NCBI GenBank assembly: GCA_041687695.1
Contig: JAWLBL010000004.1
Location: forward strand, 279,319-343,318
Origin: Myxococcota bacterium
GTDB taxonomy: Bacteria > Myxococcota_A > UBA9042 > PHBI01 > JAWLBL01
Direction: 5' to 3'
Length of the DNA stretch: 64,000 nucleotides
Shown here one piece after another: positions 42,334-53,170 of this stretch (its first letter is position 1; each line of letters opens with the position of its first letter). Both the position numbers and the translations under genes were made by a program. Under the pieces are notes generated by a model. The model did no database searches and was not told where the DNA came from. It was given only the letters and a program-made list of their open reading frames with translations.

Positions 42334-44298
42334 GTGGGCGGCGTCGCCCTGGCGATCTGGGCCGTTGCGGCGGCGCTGCAGGCCGAGGGCGGCGACGGCA
42401 CCGTCATCCTGGACGAGCGGCCCGCCGGGGCGGCGACGGCGCCGGCCGTCGTGGTGCCGCGCGAGGCGCTGGTGGCGCCCGGGGCGACCGTGCGTGACGT
42501 GCTCAACCGTCAGCCCGGGGTGGGCGCGACCAGCCTGGGCGGGCTGGGGGCGCTGACCCAGGTGAGCATCCGAGGGACGAGCGCCGACCAGGTGCGGGTC
42601 TTCGTCGACGGCGTGCCGCTCGAGCTGGCCGACGGCAGCCCGGTGGATCTGTCGGAGCTGCCGCTGTGGGGCGCGGCGCGGCTGGACATCTGGCGCACGC
42701 ACGCGCCGCTCGCGCGGGGCGGCGGCCTGGGCGGGGCCATCGAGCTGCGGACGCTGGCGCCCGCGGGCGGGCTGGCCGAGGTCTCGGCGGGCTACGGGGC
42801 CTTCGGGACGGGGCAGCTGCGGGCGTTCGTGGGACACGGCGCGCCACGCGGGCCCGGGGTGGCGCTGGCCGTCGAGCTGCAGACCAGCGACGGCGACTTC
42901 GGGTGGTGGAGCGACGAGGGGACGCTCTTCGACCCCAGCGACGACACGCGGCGGGTGCGCCACAACAACGCGCTGCGACGCCTGACGACGCTCGCGAGCG
43001 TCCGCGCGCCGCTGGGCGGGCGGTGCCTCGGCGGCCTGCTCGAGGCCTTCGCCCTCGGGGCCCGGGGGCTGCCGGGCCCGGCCAGCACGCCGGCGCTGCG
43101 GGCCAGCGTGGGACGCCTCACCAGCCTCACGGCGGCGCGCCTGGACTGCCGCCGCGCGGGGGCGTGGTCGCTCGAGGCGGTGGCGGCCCTGCGGCTCGGA
43201 CGGACGACCAGCTTCGACCCGGACGCCGAGCTGTACCTGACGCCCAGCGAGGCGCGCCGCGACGCCGTGTCGCCGTCCGTCTCCGTCACCGCCGGGTGGC
43301 GCCTGTCCCCGGTCGCGCGCCTCGGCGCCCACGTCGAGGGCTCGCACGACCACTTCGCGCTGTCCGACCCGCTGGCCCCCGCGTCCGCGGCGACCCTGGA
43401 CCGCACCCGCGGCGCCGTGGCGGTCGAGGCGGGGCTAAGCTGGCCCGCGCTGGCGCTCGAGCTGGTGCCGCGGCTGCGGGTCGACGCCTTTGGCGATGCC
43501 GGCGGCGAGGCGGCGGTCGAGCCGACCTGGCAGGCGGCCCTGGCGTGGCGCGGCCTCGAGGCGGTCGGCGTGCGGGCCCAGGCGGCCGTCGGGCGGGCCG
43601 TGCGCCTGCCGAACCTGTACGAGCTGTACGGCGACGGGGCGCTGGTCCTCCCCAGCCCGGCGCTGCGGGCCGAGCGCGGCCTGACGGCGACCGCGACCCT
43701 GGGCTGGGCGCCCGGGTTCCTGCCGACCGGCTGGCTGGCGGACGTCGAGCTGTCGGCCTTCACGTCCGAGGTCGCCGACCTCATCCAGTTCCGGCGCAAC
43801 ACGCTGCAGACGGCGGTCGCCGAGAACGTCGCCAACGCCCGGTTGGCCGGCTTCGAGGTCGCCGCGCGCGCGGACCTGCTGGGGCACCTGCGCCTGGGGC
43901 TGGTCCACTCCACCTTGGCGACCGAGACCCTCAGCGCCGAGGCCGCCCGCGACGGTCAGCCGCTGCCGCTTCGCCCCACCGCGCGCAACGCCCTTCACCT
44001 CGAGGGCTACCTCGCGGCGGACGACGGCGGCGAGCTGCGGGCCTTCGCCGACCTCGATCACGTCGGCTCCAACACCTTCGACCCGGCGGGGCTCGTGCGT
44101 GCGCCGGCCCGCGCGACCGCCTCGGCGGGGCTGGGCTGGCGGCTGGCCCTGTCTGGAATCATCAGCGATCTCGCCGAGCTCGACGTGGGCCTGGCCGTGC
44201 GCAACCTGACCGACGCGCCGCTGGTCGACGTCGTCGGCTACCCGCTTCCGGGGCGCGGATGGACCCTGCAGCTGTCCTGGCGCGAGCAGGGCCTCTGA
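42334..44298 (+). CDS. TonB-dependent outer-membrane receptor
   Basis: Plug motifs SIRG...QVRVFVDGVP and GG.IEL; R.PNLYELY; C-terminal NLTD...PGR. Confidence 0.85.
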   Translation: MGGVALAIWAVAAALQAEGGDGTVILDERPAGAATAPAVVVPREALVAPGATVRDVLNRQPGVGATSLGGLGALTQVSIRGTSADQVRVFVDGVPLELADGSPVDLSELPLWGAARLDIWRTHAPLARGGGLGGAIELRTLAPAGGLAEVSAGYGAFGTGQLRAFVGHGAPRGPGVALAVELQTSDGDFGWWSDEGTLFDPSDDTRRVRHNNALRRLTTLASVRAPLGGRCLGGLLEAFALGARGLPGPASTPALRASVGRLTSLTAARLDCRRAGAWSLEAVAALRLGRTTSFDPDAELYLTPSEARRDAVSPSVSVTAGWRLSPVARLGAHVEGSHDHFALSDPLAPASAATLDRTRGAVAVEAGLSWPALALELVPRLRVDAFGDAGGEAAVEPTWQAALAWRGLEAVGVRAQAAVGRAVRLPNLYELYGDGALVLPSPALRAERGLTATATLGWAPGFLPTGWLADVELSAFTSEVADLIQFRRNTLQTAVAENVANARLAGFEVAARADLLGHLRLGLVHSTLATETLSAEAARDGQPLPLRPTARNALHLEGYLAADDGGELRAFADLDHVGSNTFDPAGLVRAPARATASAGLGWRLALSGIISDLAELDVGLAVRNLTDAPLVDVVGYPLPGRGWTLQLSWREQGL

Positions 44299-44373
44299 CC
44301 CGGCCCGCGACCCGCCAACGCCGCGCCGCGTCGACGCCCGCGCGCGGCGCCGCACCGGCCAGCGACGCCCGCC

Positions 44374-44401
44374 TTGCCGCGCGCCTCAACGCTGCTATGC
44401 T
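44374..44401 (+). promoter_or_regulatory. Putative promoter with extended -10, nearly leaderless
   Basis: TTGCCG-16 bp-TATGCT with a TG extension, 9 nt before the ATG at 44411; no SD visible. Confidence 0.4.
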
Positions 44402-44410
44402 GCGCCTCCC

Positions 44411-46006
44411 ATGACGCGCCTGTCGCAATCGGAGCTGCTCGAAGGCCTCGCCCACATCGTCGGCGACGCCCACCTGTCCACGCGGCAGCCGGATCGGATC
44501 GCCTACAGCGCCGACTTCTGGCCACGCTCGCAAATCTGGAAGCTGGGCGGCGACGTCCAGCGTTACCCGCCGGACTGCATCGTCTGGCCGGACGGCGAGG
44601 AGCAGGTCGCCGCCGTCCTGCGCTTCTGCAACGCCCACCGCATCCCGGTCATCCCCTACGGCGCCGGCTCGGGCGTGTGCGGGGGGACGGTGCCCCTGCA
44701 CGGCGGCGTCATCGTCGACGTCAAGCGCATGAACCGGCTGCTCGCCGTCGACGCGAGCTCGATGCTGGTGAGGGCGCAGGCGGGCATCAACGGGCAGCTG
44801 TTCGAGGATCGCCTCAACGCGCGCGGCGTCACGCTGGGGCACTTCCCGTCCAGCATCATGTGCTCGACGCTGGGCGGGTGGCTCGCCTGCCGGTCGGCCG
44901 GGCAGTTCTCCTCGCGCTACGGCAAGATCGAGGACATGGTGACCAGCCTCCGCGTCGTCTTCCCGGACGGGACGGCGCTCGACACGGCGGACCGCGCGCC
45001 GGGCGGGCCGGACTGGACGCAGCTGGTGGTCGGCTCCGAGGGGACGCTCGGGCTCATCACGGAGGCCGAGCTCAAGGTGAACCCGCTGCCCGAGGCGCGC
45101 AGCCTGCGCGGGTGGCGCTTTCGGCAGCTGACCGACGGCTTCCAGGCCATGCGCATGCTGATGCAGGCGGGCCTCAAGCCGATGGTGCTGCGCCTGTACG
45201 ACCCCTTCGACACGCTGATGGCCCTCGGCAAGGACGCCGGCGGCGCCGAAGAGGTCACCAGCGCCGACGAGCTGCGGGCCGCGCTGGCCCCGGCCGAGGC
45301 CTCGCACCCGGTCGAGGGCGGCCGCCTGACGCCGTTCGTCAAGCGCCTCAAGCGCGGCGCCATGGCAGCCGGCCTGTCCGTCCCGGGGCTCCTCAACCGG
45401 GTCGTCCACTCGGTCCCGGCCTCGTGCCTGTTGATCGTCGGCTTCGAGGGTCCGCGCGAGGCGGTCCGCGACGACATGTGGCGCGCCGGACGCCTGCTCA
45501 GCGAGGCGGGCGGCACCGACGCGGGCGCGGCCATCGGCAACGCCTGGCTCGAGCACCGCTACCGGGTCAGCTTCAAGGCCGCGAAGATCTACGAGGCTGG
45601 CGCCTTCGTCGACACGATGGAGGTCGCGACGACCTGGGACCGGCTCGAGGGCCTGTACAAGGGCGTCGTGCGCGCGATGAGCCCGCATGCGCTCATCATG
45701 GCGCACTTCTCCCACGCCTACCGCGAGGGGGCGAGCATCTACTTCACCTTCGCCGCCTACCGCCGCGACGCGCGGCGGGCCGAGCAGAGCTACGATCGGG
45801 CCTGGCAGGCCGGCCTCGACGCGGTGCACGCGGCGGGGGCGACGGCGAGCCACCATCACGGCGTGGGCCTGCTCAAGAAGTACGCGATGCCGGCCGAGCA
45901 CGGCGAGATGCTGCGGGTGTGGCGCGCGATGAAGGGCGCGCTCGACCCGGCGAACATCATGAACCCCGGCAAGCTCTTCCCCGAGGCGACCGGGGGCCTG
46001 CCATGA
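44411..46006 (+). CDS. FAD-linked oxidase, alkyl-dihydroxyacetonephosphate synthase (AGPS)-like
   Basis: PYGAGSGVCGG, GHFPSS..CSTLGGW, GSEGTLG, H.Y..GASIYF, SHHHGVG and DP.NIMNPGKL motifs. Confidence 0.85.
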   Translation: MTRLSQSELLEGLAHIVGDAHLSTRQPDRIAYSADFWPRSQIWKLGGDVQRYPPDCIVWPDGEEQVAAVLRFCNAHRIPVIPYGAGSGVCGGTVPLHGGVIVDVKRMNRLLAVDASSMLVRAQAGINGQLFEDRLNARGVTLGHFPSSIMCSTLGGWLACRSAGQFSSRYGKIEDMVTSLRVVFPDGTALDTADRAPGGPDWTQLVVGSEGTLGLITEAELKVNPLPEARSLRGWRFRQLTDGFQAMRMLMQAGLKPMVLRLYDPFDTLMALGKDAGGAEEVTSADELRAALAPAEASHPVEGGRLTPFVKRLKRGAMAAGLSVPGLLNRVVHSVPASCLLIVGFEGPREAVRDDMWRAGRLLSEAGGTDAGAAIGNAWLEHRYRVSFKAAKIYEAGAFVDTMEVATTWDRLEGLYKGVVRAMSPHALIMAHFSHAYREGASIYFTFAAYRRDARRAEQSYDRAWQAGLDAVHAAGATASHHHGVGLLKKYAMPAEHGEMLRVWRAMKGALDPANIMNPGKLFPEATGGLP

Positions 46007-47211
46007 CGACGTCCATCGTGAGGCCCGTGGGATATCTGGACGAGCTGCGGCGCATCGTGCCGACCGAGCAGATCGAGCCGCACGCCACGGCCGAAGGGGC
46101 CCGCGGCGGGTCGTGGGCGGTCGAGCCGGCCACCCAGGACGAGCTGGTCGACGTGCTGAAGTGGGCCAACGAGCGCCACGCGGCGGTCTACACGCGCCAC
46201 CCGCGCCCGGGCGACGCCGAGCGCTGCGGCGCGCGGCCGCGCATCTACCTGCGCGGGCGGCGCATGCAGCGGGTCGGCGACGTCGACATCGTCTCGGGGA
46301 CGGTGACGGTGCAGTCGGGGATCGCGATGAAGGATCTCCACGACATGCTGGCCGAGCGCGGCTTCACGACCGGCTTCCCGACGCGCCCGTGGCGGCAGGA
46401 GTCGCTGGGCGCGGTGCTGGCCGCGGCGCTGGACTCGCACTGGGGTCCCCGCTACGGCGCCATGGAGGAGCAGGTCGTCTCGCTGGGCGTCGTGTTCCCG
46501 GACGGGACCTCGGCCCGCAGCCGCACGGCCCCGCGCAAGGCGGTCGGCCCCGACTTCGACCGGCTGTTCCTGGGCTCGCGCGGACGCTTCGGCATCGTCT
46601 ATCAGGCGACGTTGCGCATCTACCCGTCCGCGCAGCGAGAGGTCCTCAGCTACGGCGCCCCGGATCTCGCCACCGCGCTCGAGGCCGTGCGCACGAGCCT
46701 CGAGGCCGGCTTCGAGCCGCGCGCCATCGAGATCATGACCCCGGCGCCCGACCGCTCGTGGGGCCGCAAGCGCGTCGGGCTGACCGACGAGCTCCCCATC
46801 CTGGTCCTGGTCGAGCCGTGGGGCGCCGAGGGCGGTCGCCCCATCGCCATGGTGGACCAGTACTTCTCGAGCCAGCTGACGCGGCTCGAGCCGCCGGTCG
46901 GCTGGGACGTCCACGAGGGGCTCCTGCCGCCGCCGCGGGCGTGGACGGCGCCGGTGGTCGGCGTGCGTTGGAGCGAGCTGATGGCGCTCGCGCGCGAGCT
47001 GGGCCACGACGTCCCGCCCGGCGTCTGGCTCGTGCGGCTGAGCCGCCACGGCGGGTTTTTGAGCCTGGCGTCCGGGATCCAGGGAAGCCCGGCCGATCGC
47101 GTTCGGTTTCTCATCAACCAGCACCTCCCGACGGCGAACGGTCCGTGGCACGTCATCCTCAAGACGCTCAAGGACCAGCTCGACCCACGGGGCATCCTGA
47201 ACCCCGACTGA
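46003..47211 (+). CDS. FAD-binding oxidoreductase subunit (GlcE-like, divergent)
   Basis: RKAVGPD...LFLGSRGRFG and LK.QLDP.GILNP motifs; ATGA coupling to the upstream gene. Confidence 0.75.
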   Translation: MTTSIVRPVGYLDELRRIVPTEQIEPHATAEGARGGSWAVEPATQDELVDVLKWANERHAAVYTRHPRPGDAERCGARPRIYLRGRRMQRVGDVDIVSGTVTVQSGIAMKDLHDMLAERGFTTGFPTRPWRQESLGAVLAAALDSHWGPRYGAMEEQVVSLGVVFPDGTSARSRTAPRKAVGPDFDRLFLGSRGRFGIVYQATLRIYPSAQREVLSYGAPDLATALEAVRTSLEAGFEPRAIEIMTPAPDRSWGRKRVGLTDELPILVLVEPWGAEGGRPIAMVDQYFSSQLTRLEPPVGWDVHEGLLPPPRAWTAPVVGVRWSELMALARELGHDVPPGVWLVRLSRHGGFLSLASGIQGSPADRVRFLINQHLPTANGPWHVILKTLKDQLDPRGILNPD

Positions 47212-47251
47212 CTGTCCGTCGCCGGACGGCTGGCGAGTCGATGACGCACCC

Positions 47252-48349
47252 ATGACGACGACCCCGACCTACGACAAGGCGCTGACGCTCTGCACCTTCT
47301 GCCCGAGCCTGTGCCTGCACACCTGCCCGGTGTCGAACGCCGAGGCCCGCGACAGCGTCTCGCCCTGGGGCAAGATGAGCCTGGCGCGCCACGTCGAGCA
47401 GGGGCTGGTCAAGCTCGACGACGAGGTCGCCGCCCTGCTGTACAAGTGCCTGGGATGTCAGGCCTGCCAGCAGTTCTGCGCCCACGACAACCCGGTCGGC
47501 CCGACCCTGTTCGAGGCCCGCGCGCGCGCCGTCGCCCGCGGCGTCACGCCCTTCCCGCTCGAGCGGTTCGTCCACGCCGACTGGTCGGCCGACGAGGGGC
47601 CGATCGCGCAGGCCCGCGACGCCGAGCGCTTCGAGACCGCGCCCGCCTTCCTGCTGCTGCCCGGCCACCAGACCCTGCGCGGCGCCCCCGACACGCTCGC
47701 GGACACGCTCGCGCTGACCGAGCGTCTGGGCGCCGAGGAGCTGTGCGTCGGCGAGGCCAGCCGCCTCGACGTGGGCTACGACCTGTGGGCGGCCGGGTTC
47801 CACAAGGAGTTCGCCGCCGTCGCGCGGCGCGTGCAGCAGGCCCTGGCGGCGTCGCGTCAGGTGGTCGTCCTCAGCGCCGAGGCCCTGTTCCTGCTTCGGC
47901 ACATCTATCCGCAGTTCGGCGCGCCCATCGCCGCCGATCTCGTGCACGTCAGCGAGTACCTGCTGTCGCTCATGTCCGGCGCCGTCGTCGAGCGGGTCCG
48001 CGGGCGCGTCGCCTACCACGACAGCTGCCACCTGGCGCGGCAGCTCAACCTCGTCGCGCCTCCCCGCGAGCTGCTGCGCCGCGTCCTCGAGGACGCCCCC
48101 GTCGAGCTCGCCGCCAACGGCGCGAACACGGTCTGCTGCGGCGGGACCGGCTGCCTGCCCATCACCAGCCCGGCGACCTCGCGCGAGGCCGCCGTCGCCG
48201 TCATCGAGCTGGCCCTCGAGCGCGGCGCCGAGCGCCTCGTGACCTTCTCGACCGAGTGCGTGGCCCAGCTGCGCGACGCGGCCGGCGACCGGCTCGAGGT
48301 CACCCACGGCGTCACCTTGTGCAATCAAGCCATCCGAGGTGAGGGATGA
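47252..48349 (+). CDS. Fe-S binding oxidoreductase subunit (GlcF/GlpC-like, CCG domain)
   Basis: CTFCPSLCLHTCP, CLGCQACQQFC, YHDSCHL and CCGG motifs. Confidence 0.85.
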   Translation: MTTTPTYDKALTLCTFCPSLCLHTCPVSNAEARDSVSPWGKMSLARHVEQGLVKLDDEVAALLYKCLGCQACQQFCAHDNPVGPTLFEARARAVARGVTPFPLERFVHADWSADEGPIAQARDAERFETAPAFLLLPGHQTLRGAPDTLADTLALTERLGAEELCVGEASRLDVGYDLWAAGFHKEFAAVARRVQQALAASRQVVVLSAEALFLLRHIYPQFGAPIAADLVHVSEYLLSLMSGAVVERVRGRVAYHDSCHLARQLNLVAPPRELLRRVLEDAPVELAANGANTVCCGGTGCLPITSPATSREAAVAVIELALERGAERLVTFSTECVAQLRDAAGDRLEVTHGVTLCNQAIRGEG

Positions 48350-49323
48350 CGACCGCCCCGACCCGCCGCGTCGCCCCGGCCGCGACCCTGGTCATCGTCA
48401 ACGAGCGCGCCGGCGGCGGCGCCATGAGCGACCGCTTCCGCCGCATCGAGCACGCCCTGTTCGACCGCATCGGCGACTACGAGATCGCCTTCACCGACCG
48501 GCACGGCCACGCGACCGAGCTGACGCGCAAGGCCCTCGAGGCCGGCGCCGACCGCGTCCTGGTCGCCGGCGGGGACGGGACGGTGAACGAAGCCGTGAAC
48601 GGCTTCTTCGGCGCCGACGGGCGGCCGGTCCGCCCCGAGGCCTGCCTGGGCCTGCTGGCCGGCGGCACCGGTGGGGATCTGCGCAAGACCCTGCGCATCC
48701 GCGACATGGACGAGGCGCTCGCCGCGGTCGAGGAGGGCTACACCCAGACCGTGGACGTCGGCCGCGTCACCTTCCGCGCCAGCGCCGACGGCCGCGAGGT
48801 CTCCCGCTACTTCCTCAACATCGCCAGCTTCGGCGTCAGCGGGCTGGTCGTCCGCCAGATCTCCGCCCTGCGGGGGCTGCCGGGCGCGCTGGCCTACGGC
48901 GCCGCCACCGCGCTGTCGCTGTGGTCGTGGAAGAACCCGCGGGTCAAGCTGACCGTCGACGACACCTTCGAGGCCGAGCTCCCGGTCACGACCGTCGCGG
49001 TCTGCAACGGCCGCTTCTTCGGCGGCGGCATGAAGTTCGCCCCCGACGCGCAGATGGACGACGGCGAGTTCGAGGTGGTCGCGCTGGCCGACTTCACGCG
49101 GCTCGAGCTGCTGGCGATGGCCCGCACCGTCTACGACGGCGGCCATGTCTTCGACCCCAAGGTCATCGTCCGCAAGGGCCGCGTCGTCACGGCGACCCCC
49201 ATCCGCGCGGGCGGGCACGACCCGGCGGTCCTGCTCGACATCGACGGAGAGGCCCTGGGGCAGCTGCCCGCGCGCTTCGAGATCGTGCCGTCGGCGCTGC
49301 GCCTCATCGTGCCGCGCGCGTGA
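48346..49323 (+). CDS. Diacylglycerol/lipid kinase family protein (DagK/YegS)
   Basis: GGDGTVNE, GTGGD, NGRFFGGG, DDG and DIDGE motifs. Confidence 0.92.
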   Translation: MTTAPTRRVAPAATLVIVNERAGGGAMSDRFRRIEHALFDRIGDYEIAFTDRHGHATELTRKALEAGADRVLVAGGDGTVNEAVNGFFGADGRPVRPEACLGLLAGGTGGDLRKTLRIRDMDEALAAVEEGYTQTVDVGRVTFRASADGREVSRYFLNIASFGVSGLVVRQISALRGLPGALAYGAATALSLWSWKNPRVKLTVDDTFEAELPVTTVAVCNGRFFGGGMKFAPDAQMDDGEFEVVALADFTRLELLAMARTVYDGGHVFDPKVIVRKGRVVTATPIRAGGHDPAVLLDIDGEALGQLPARFEIVPSALRLIVPRA

Positions 49324-51983
49324 AGGCCGAGTCCGTCAAGAAGGGCGCGGCCGCCCCGCGCAAGAAGAGGTCCGAGTCCGCGCCGCCGGAGCCCCCGGGC
49401 AAGGCCGCGCCGGGGCGCGGCGTGGTCGCGCGGCTGTGGTGGTGCCTGCTGGCCGGCGTGCTGGTCTTCACGTCCTTCCCGTTCCGCACCGTGCCCGACT
49501 CGAACCTGTGGCCGCTGGTCTGGGTGGGGCTCGTGCCGCTCCTGTGGGCCATCGAGGGCGTCAAGCCCCGCACCGCCTTCTGGTTGGGCTGGGCGATGGG
49601 CACCGTCACCAACGTCGGCGGCTTCTACTGGATCGCCGGCCTGCTGATGGAGTTCGGGCACCTGCCGGCCTGGGCGGCCTGGCCGATCTGCGTGCTGAAC
49701 GCCGCCTACCAGGGCCTGCAGTTCGCCCTGTTCGCGTGGCTGCTGACGCGGCTCAAGCCCGGGCACGGCGACCCGCCCAGCGTCCTGCGCGTCGCGGCCG
49801 TGTTCACCGCGGTCGAGCTGGTCTTCCCGATGATCTTCCCGTGGTACCTGGGCAACAGCCAGTACCGCTTCCTGCCGGCCATCCAGATCGCCGAGCTGAC
49901 CGGCGCGCCGGGCGTGACCTTCGTCGTCGTGCTGGCCAACGCGGCCCTGTACCGCGTCCTGCTGACGGCGCGGGGGCTGGCGCGACCGGCGTGGCGGCAG
50001 GTCGGCGTCGCGGGGGGGCTGGTGGCGGCGACGCTGGTCTACGGCGTCGTGCGGGTCGGGCAGGTGGACGCCCAGGCGGCCGAGGCCGACAAGCTCAAGC
50101 TGGGGCTGGTCGAGGCCAACATCGGCATCTGGGAGAAGGAAGCCCGCGGCCTGAGCGCCCGCGACCAGGCCCTGACCATCCACGGCAACCTGCTGCGGCA
50201 CCAGCGGATGACACGCGCGCTGGCCGAGCAGGGGGTCGACCTGGTCCTGTGGCCCGAGTCCAGCTACTTCCCGCTGGGCGACGTCTTCGTCAAGCGGACC
50301 ACCGGGTTCGCCGCCGGCGTGACCGATCGGGGGCAGCTGGTCGCCTGGCGCGAGCTGGACGCGGACGGGGCCGAGGGGATGCAGTGGACCCTCGAGCGCA
50401 CGCCGCCGGGCGAGGGCGCGCTGAACGCGGTGGCCGCCGCCCGCGAGGACGCCGTCGTCGCGGTAGGGCAGGGTGGGCGCGCCCTGTTCGGCGACGGCAG
50501 CCGCTTCGCGCAGGTGCCGACGTCGACGACGGCCGACCTGTACGGGGTCGTGGCGGTGCCCGACCAGGGCTGGCAGCCCTTCGAGGACCGCGGCGCGGTG
50601 CGGATCTGGGCGGTCGGTGAGGGGGGCGCGCTGCTGACCGGCACGCCCGCCGGGCTCGAGCGCGTCTCGACCGGCGTGACGACCCCGCTGCGTGCGCTGG
50701 CGATGGTCGACGCGCAGACGGGCATCGCGGTCGGAGACGGCGGCGTGGTGGTGGCGATGGCGCCGGGCGCGGCGGCCCCGATGGAGGGCGCGCTGGGCGT
50801 CGACCTGTTCGCGGCCTGGGCCGGCAGCGAGGGCAAGCGCGTGTGGGCGGCGGGAGGCGAGGGCGCGGTCTTTCGGCTCGAGGCGCGCGAGTGGCAGCGC
50901 GAGGACACCGGCGTGACGTCGACCCTCCGCGCGTTCGCCGGGCCGGCCTTCGGCGCGGCGGGGCCCACGTGGGTGGTCGGCGACGGCGGCGCGGTGCTGC
51001 GCCGGGCGGCCGACGGGACGTGGACGCGAGAGGTCCCGCCGACGGCGGCCGATCTGGTGTCGGCGACGCTCGACGCGCGCGGCACGCTGCTGGTCGGCGC
51101 CCGCGACGGCAGCCTGTGGCGGCGCACGGGCCCGGGCGCCTGGCAGCGCCTCGAGACCCCGGGCCTCGGCGCGGTGCGCGGCCTGGCCCCGCTGCCCTTC
51201 GTGCGCACCAGCCCCATGCCCAAGGACGTCCGCTACGTCTACCAGAGCGACCTGGCCATCCCCGACGACGCCGCCTACCGCGCCGAGCCTTGGGTCGACC
51301 TCGAGCGCCCGCTCGCCGACCGCACCGCCGTCCAGCGCGACGCCCGCGTGCCCATCCTCTTCGGCGGCCTCGGCCGGGGCGACGGCAAGGTCTACAACAC
51401 GGCCTTCATGCTCGACGCGCGCGGCCGCGTCGTCGGCGCCTACGACAAGGTCTACCTGCTGGTCTTCGGCGAGTACATCCCGCTCAGCGACACCTTCCCC
51501 TTCCTGCACGACTGGATCCCCGAGGCGGGCGACTTCAGCGCGGGCAACAGCGCCACCGTCTTGCAGTGGGGCGACCACCGCCTCGGCGTGATGATCTGCT
51601 ACGAGGACATCCTGCCCGAGTTCAACCGGCGCCTCGCCGACAAGCGGCCGAACGTGCTGCTCAACATCACCAACGACGCCTGGTTCGGCCGCACCAGCGA
51701 GCCGCACCTGCACCTGGCGCTGTCGACCTTCCGCGCCGTCGAGAGCCGCCTGTCGCTCGTGCGCTCGACCAACACGGGCGTCTCGGCCGTCGTCGACCCG
51801 ACCGGCCGCATCGCCGCCCAGACCAGCATCGACGACCCCGAGACGCTGGTGCACGACGTGCCGCTGATGCCCGGCGGGACGCCCTTCACGCGGGTCGGCG
51901 ACGCCTTCGGCTACGCCATGCTCGTCTGGGTCGGGCTGGTCGCCCTCGCGCGCGTCCGCCGCCAGGGCCGCGCCCACCGCTGA
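49320..51983 (+). CDS. lnt: Apolipoprotein N-acyltransferase with large inserted repeat domain
   Basis: TM region; WPES (Glu), YDKVYL..FGEYIP (Lys), ICYED (Cys), NITNDAWFG and STNTGVSAVVDP motifs. Confidence 0.9.
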   Translation: MKAESVKKGAAAPRKKRSESAPPEPPGKAAPGRGVVARLWWCLLAGVLVFTSFPFRTVPDSNLWPLVWVGLVPLLWAIEGVKPRTAFWLGWAMGTVTNVGGFYWIAGLLMEFGHLPAWAAWPICVLNAAYQGLQFALFAWLLTRLKPGHGDPPSVLRVAAVFTAVELVFPMIFPWYLGNSQYRFLPAIQIAELTGAPGVTFVVVLANAALYRVLLTARGLARPAWRQVGVAGGLVAATLVYGVVRVGQVDAQAAEADKLKLGLVEANIGIWEKEARGLSARDQALTIHGNLLRHQRMTRALAEQGVDLVLWPESSYFPLGDVFVKRTTGFAAGVTDRGQLVAWRELDADGAEGMQWTLERTPPGEGALNAVAAAREDAVVAVGQGGRALFGDGSRFAQVPTSTTADLYGVVAVPDQGWQPFEDRGAVRIWAVGEGGALLTGTPAGLERVSTGVTTPLRALAMVDAQTGIAVGDGGVVVAMAPGAAAPMEGALGVDLFAAWAGSEGKRVWAAGGEGAVFRLEAREWQREDTGVTSTLRAFAGPAFGAAGPTWVVGDGGAVLRRAADGTWTREVPPTAADLVSATLDARGTLLVGARDGSLWRRTGPGAWQRLETPGLGAVRGLAPLPFVRTSPMPKDVRYVYQSDLAIPDDAAYRAEPWVDLERPLADRTAVQRDARVPILFGGLGRGDGKVYNTAFMLDARGRVVGAYDKVYLLVFGEYIPLSDTFPFLHDWIPEAGDFSAGNSATVLQWGDHRLGVMICYEDILPEFNRRLADKRPNVLLNITNDAWFGRTSEPHLHLALSTFRAVESRLSLVRSTNTGVSAVVDPTGRIAAQTSIDDPETLVHDVPLMPGGTPFTRVGDAFGYAMLVWVGLVALARVRRQGRAHR

Positions 51984-52055
51984 ACGATTCGCTCCTTGGC
52001 GCGGGCGCCGGCTGTGGCATGCTGCACGCCCCTCCCGGTCCCACGAGGAAGCGCG

Positions 52056-52694
52056 ATGACCCTGACCCTGGTCCCCGAGGCCATCGAAGCGTACGCGGTC
52101 CAGCACACCAGCGCGCTGCCCGAGCTCTACGAGCGCCTCCGCCGCGAGACCCTCGAGCGCACCGAGTGGCCGCAGATGCAGGTCGGGCCCATGGAGGGGC
52201 GGCTGCTCAAGCTGCTGGCGCGCCTCACCGGGGCGCGGCTGGCCGTCGAGATCGGGACCTTCACCGGCTACTCGGCCCTCTGCATCGCCGAGGGGCTGCC
52301 CGAGGGCGGGCGCCTCATCACCTGCGACGTCGACCCCGAGACCAGCGCCATCGCCCAGCGCTACTTCGACGAGGCCCCGTGGGGCCACAAGATCGAGCTG
52401 CGCCTCGGCCGCGCCCTCGACACGCTCGAGCACGTCGAGGGGCCCGTCGATCTGGCCTTCATCGACGCCGACAAGGTCAGCTACGTGGACTACTGGGAGG
52501 CGCTCGTGCCGCTGGTGCGCTCGGGCGGCCTCATCGTGGTCGACAACGTCCTGTGGAGCGGCAAGGTGCTGGATCCGCAGGACGACAGCACGCGCGCCAT
52601 CGCCCGCTTCAACGAGCACGCGCGCGCCGACGATCGCGTCGAGCTGGTCATGTTGACGGTGCGCGACGGGATGACGCTCGCGCTGCGCAAGTAA
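52056..52694 (+). CDS. SAM-dependent O-methyltransferase (CCoAOMT/MdmC family)
   Basis: EIGTFTGYSAL, FIDADK, DNVLWSG and RDG motifs. Confidence 0.92.
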   Translation: MTLTLVPEAIEAYAVQHTSALPELYERLRRETLERTEWPQMQVGPMEGRLLKLLARLTGARLAVEIGTFTGYSALCIAEGLPEGGRLITCDVDPETSAIAQRYFDEAPWGHKIELRLGRALDTLEHVEGPVDLAFIDADKVSYVDYWEALVPLVRSGGLIVVDNVLWSGKVLDPQDDSTRAIARFNEHARADDRVELVMLTVRDGMTLALRK

Positions 52695-52710
52695 CCGCAA
52701 GGAGAATTCC

Positions 52711-53079
<369 letters not shown>

Positions 53080-53170
53080 GGGCGCTGGCCCACGGGGAAC
53101 TGACCGCCCGTTCAAATTCACACGGGGACCGGTTGCGCGGCCGGGCGACGCTGGCTACCGTGCCCGCGTG

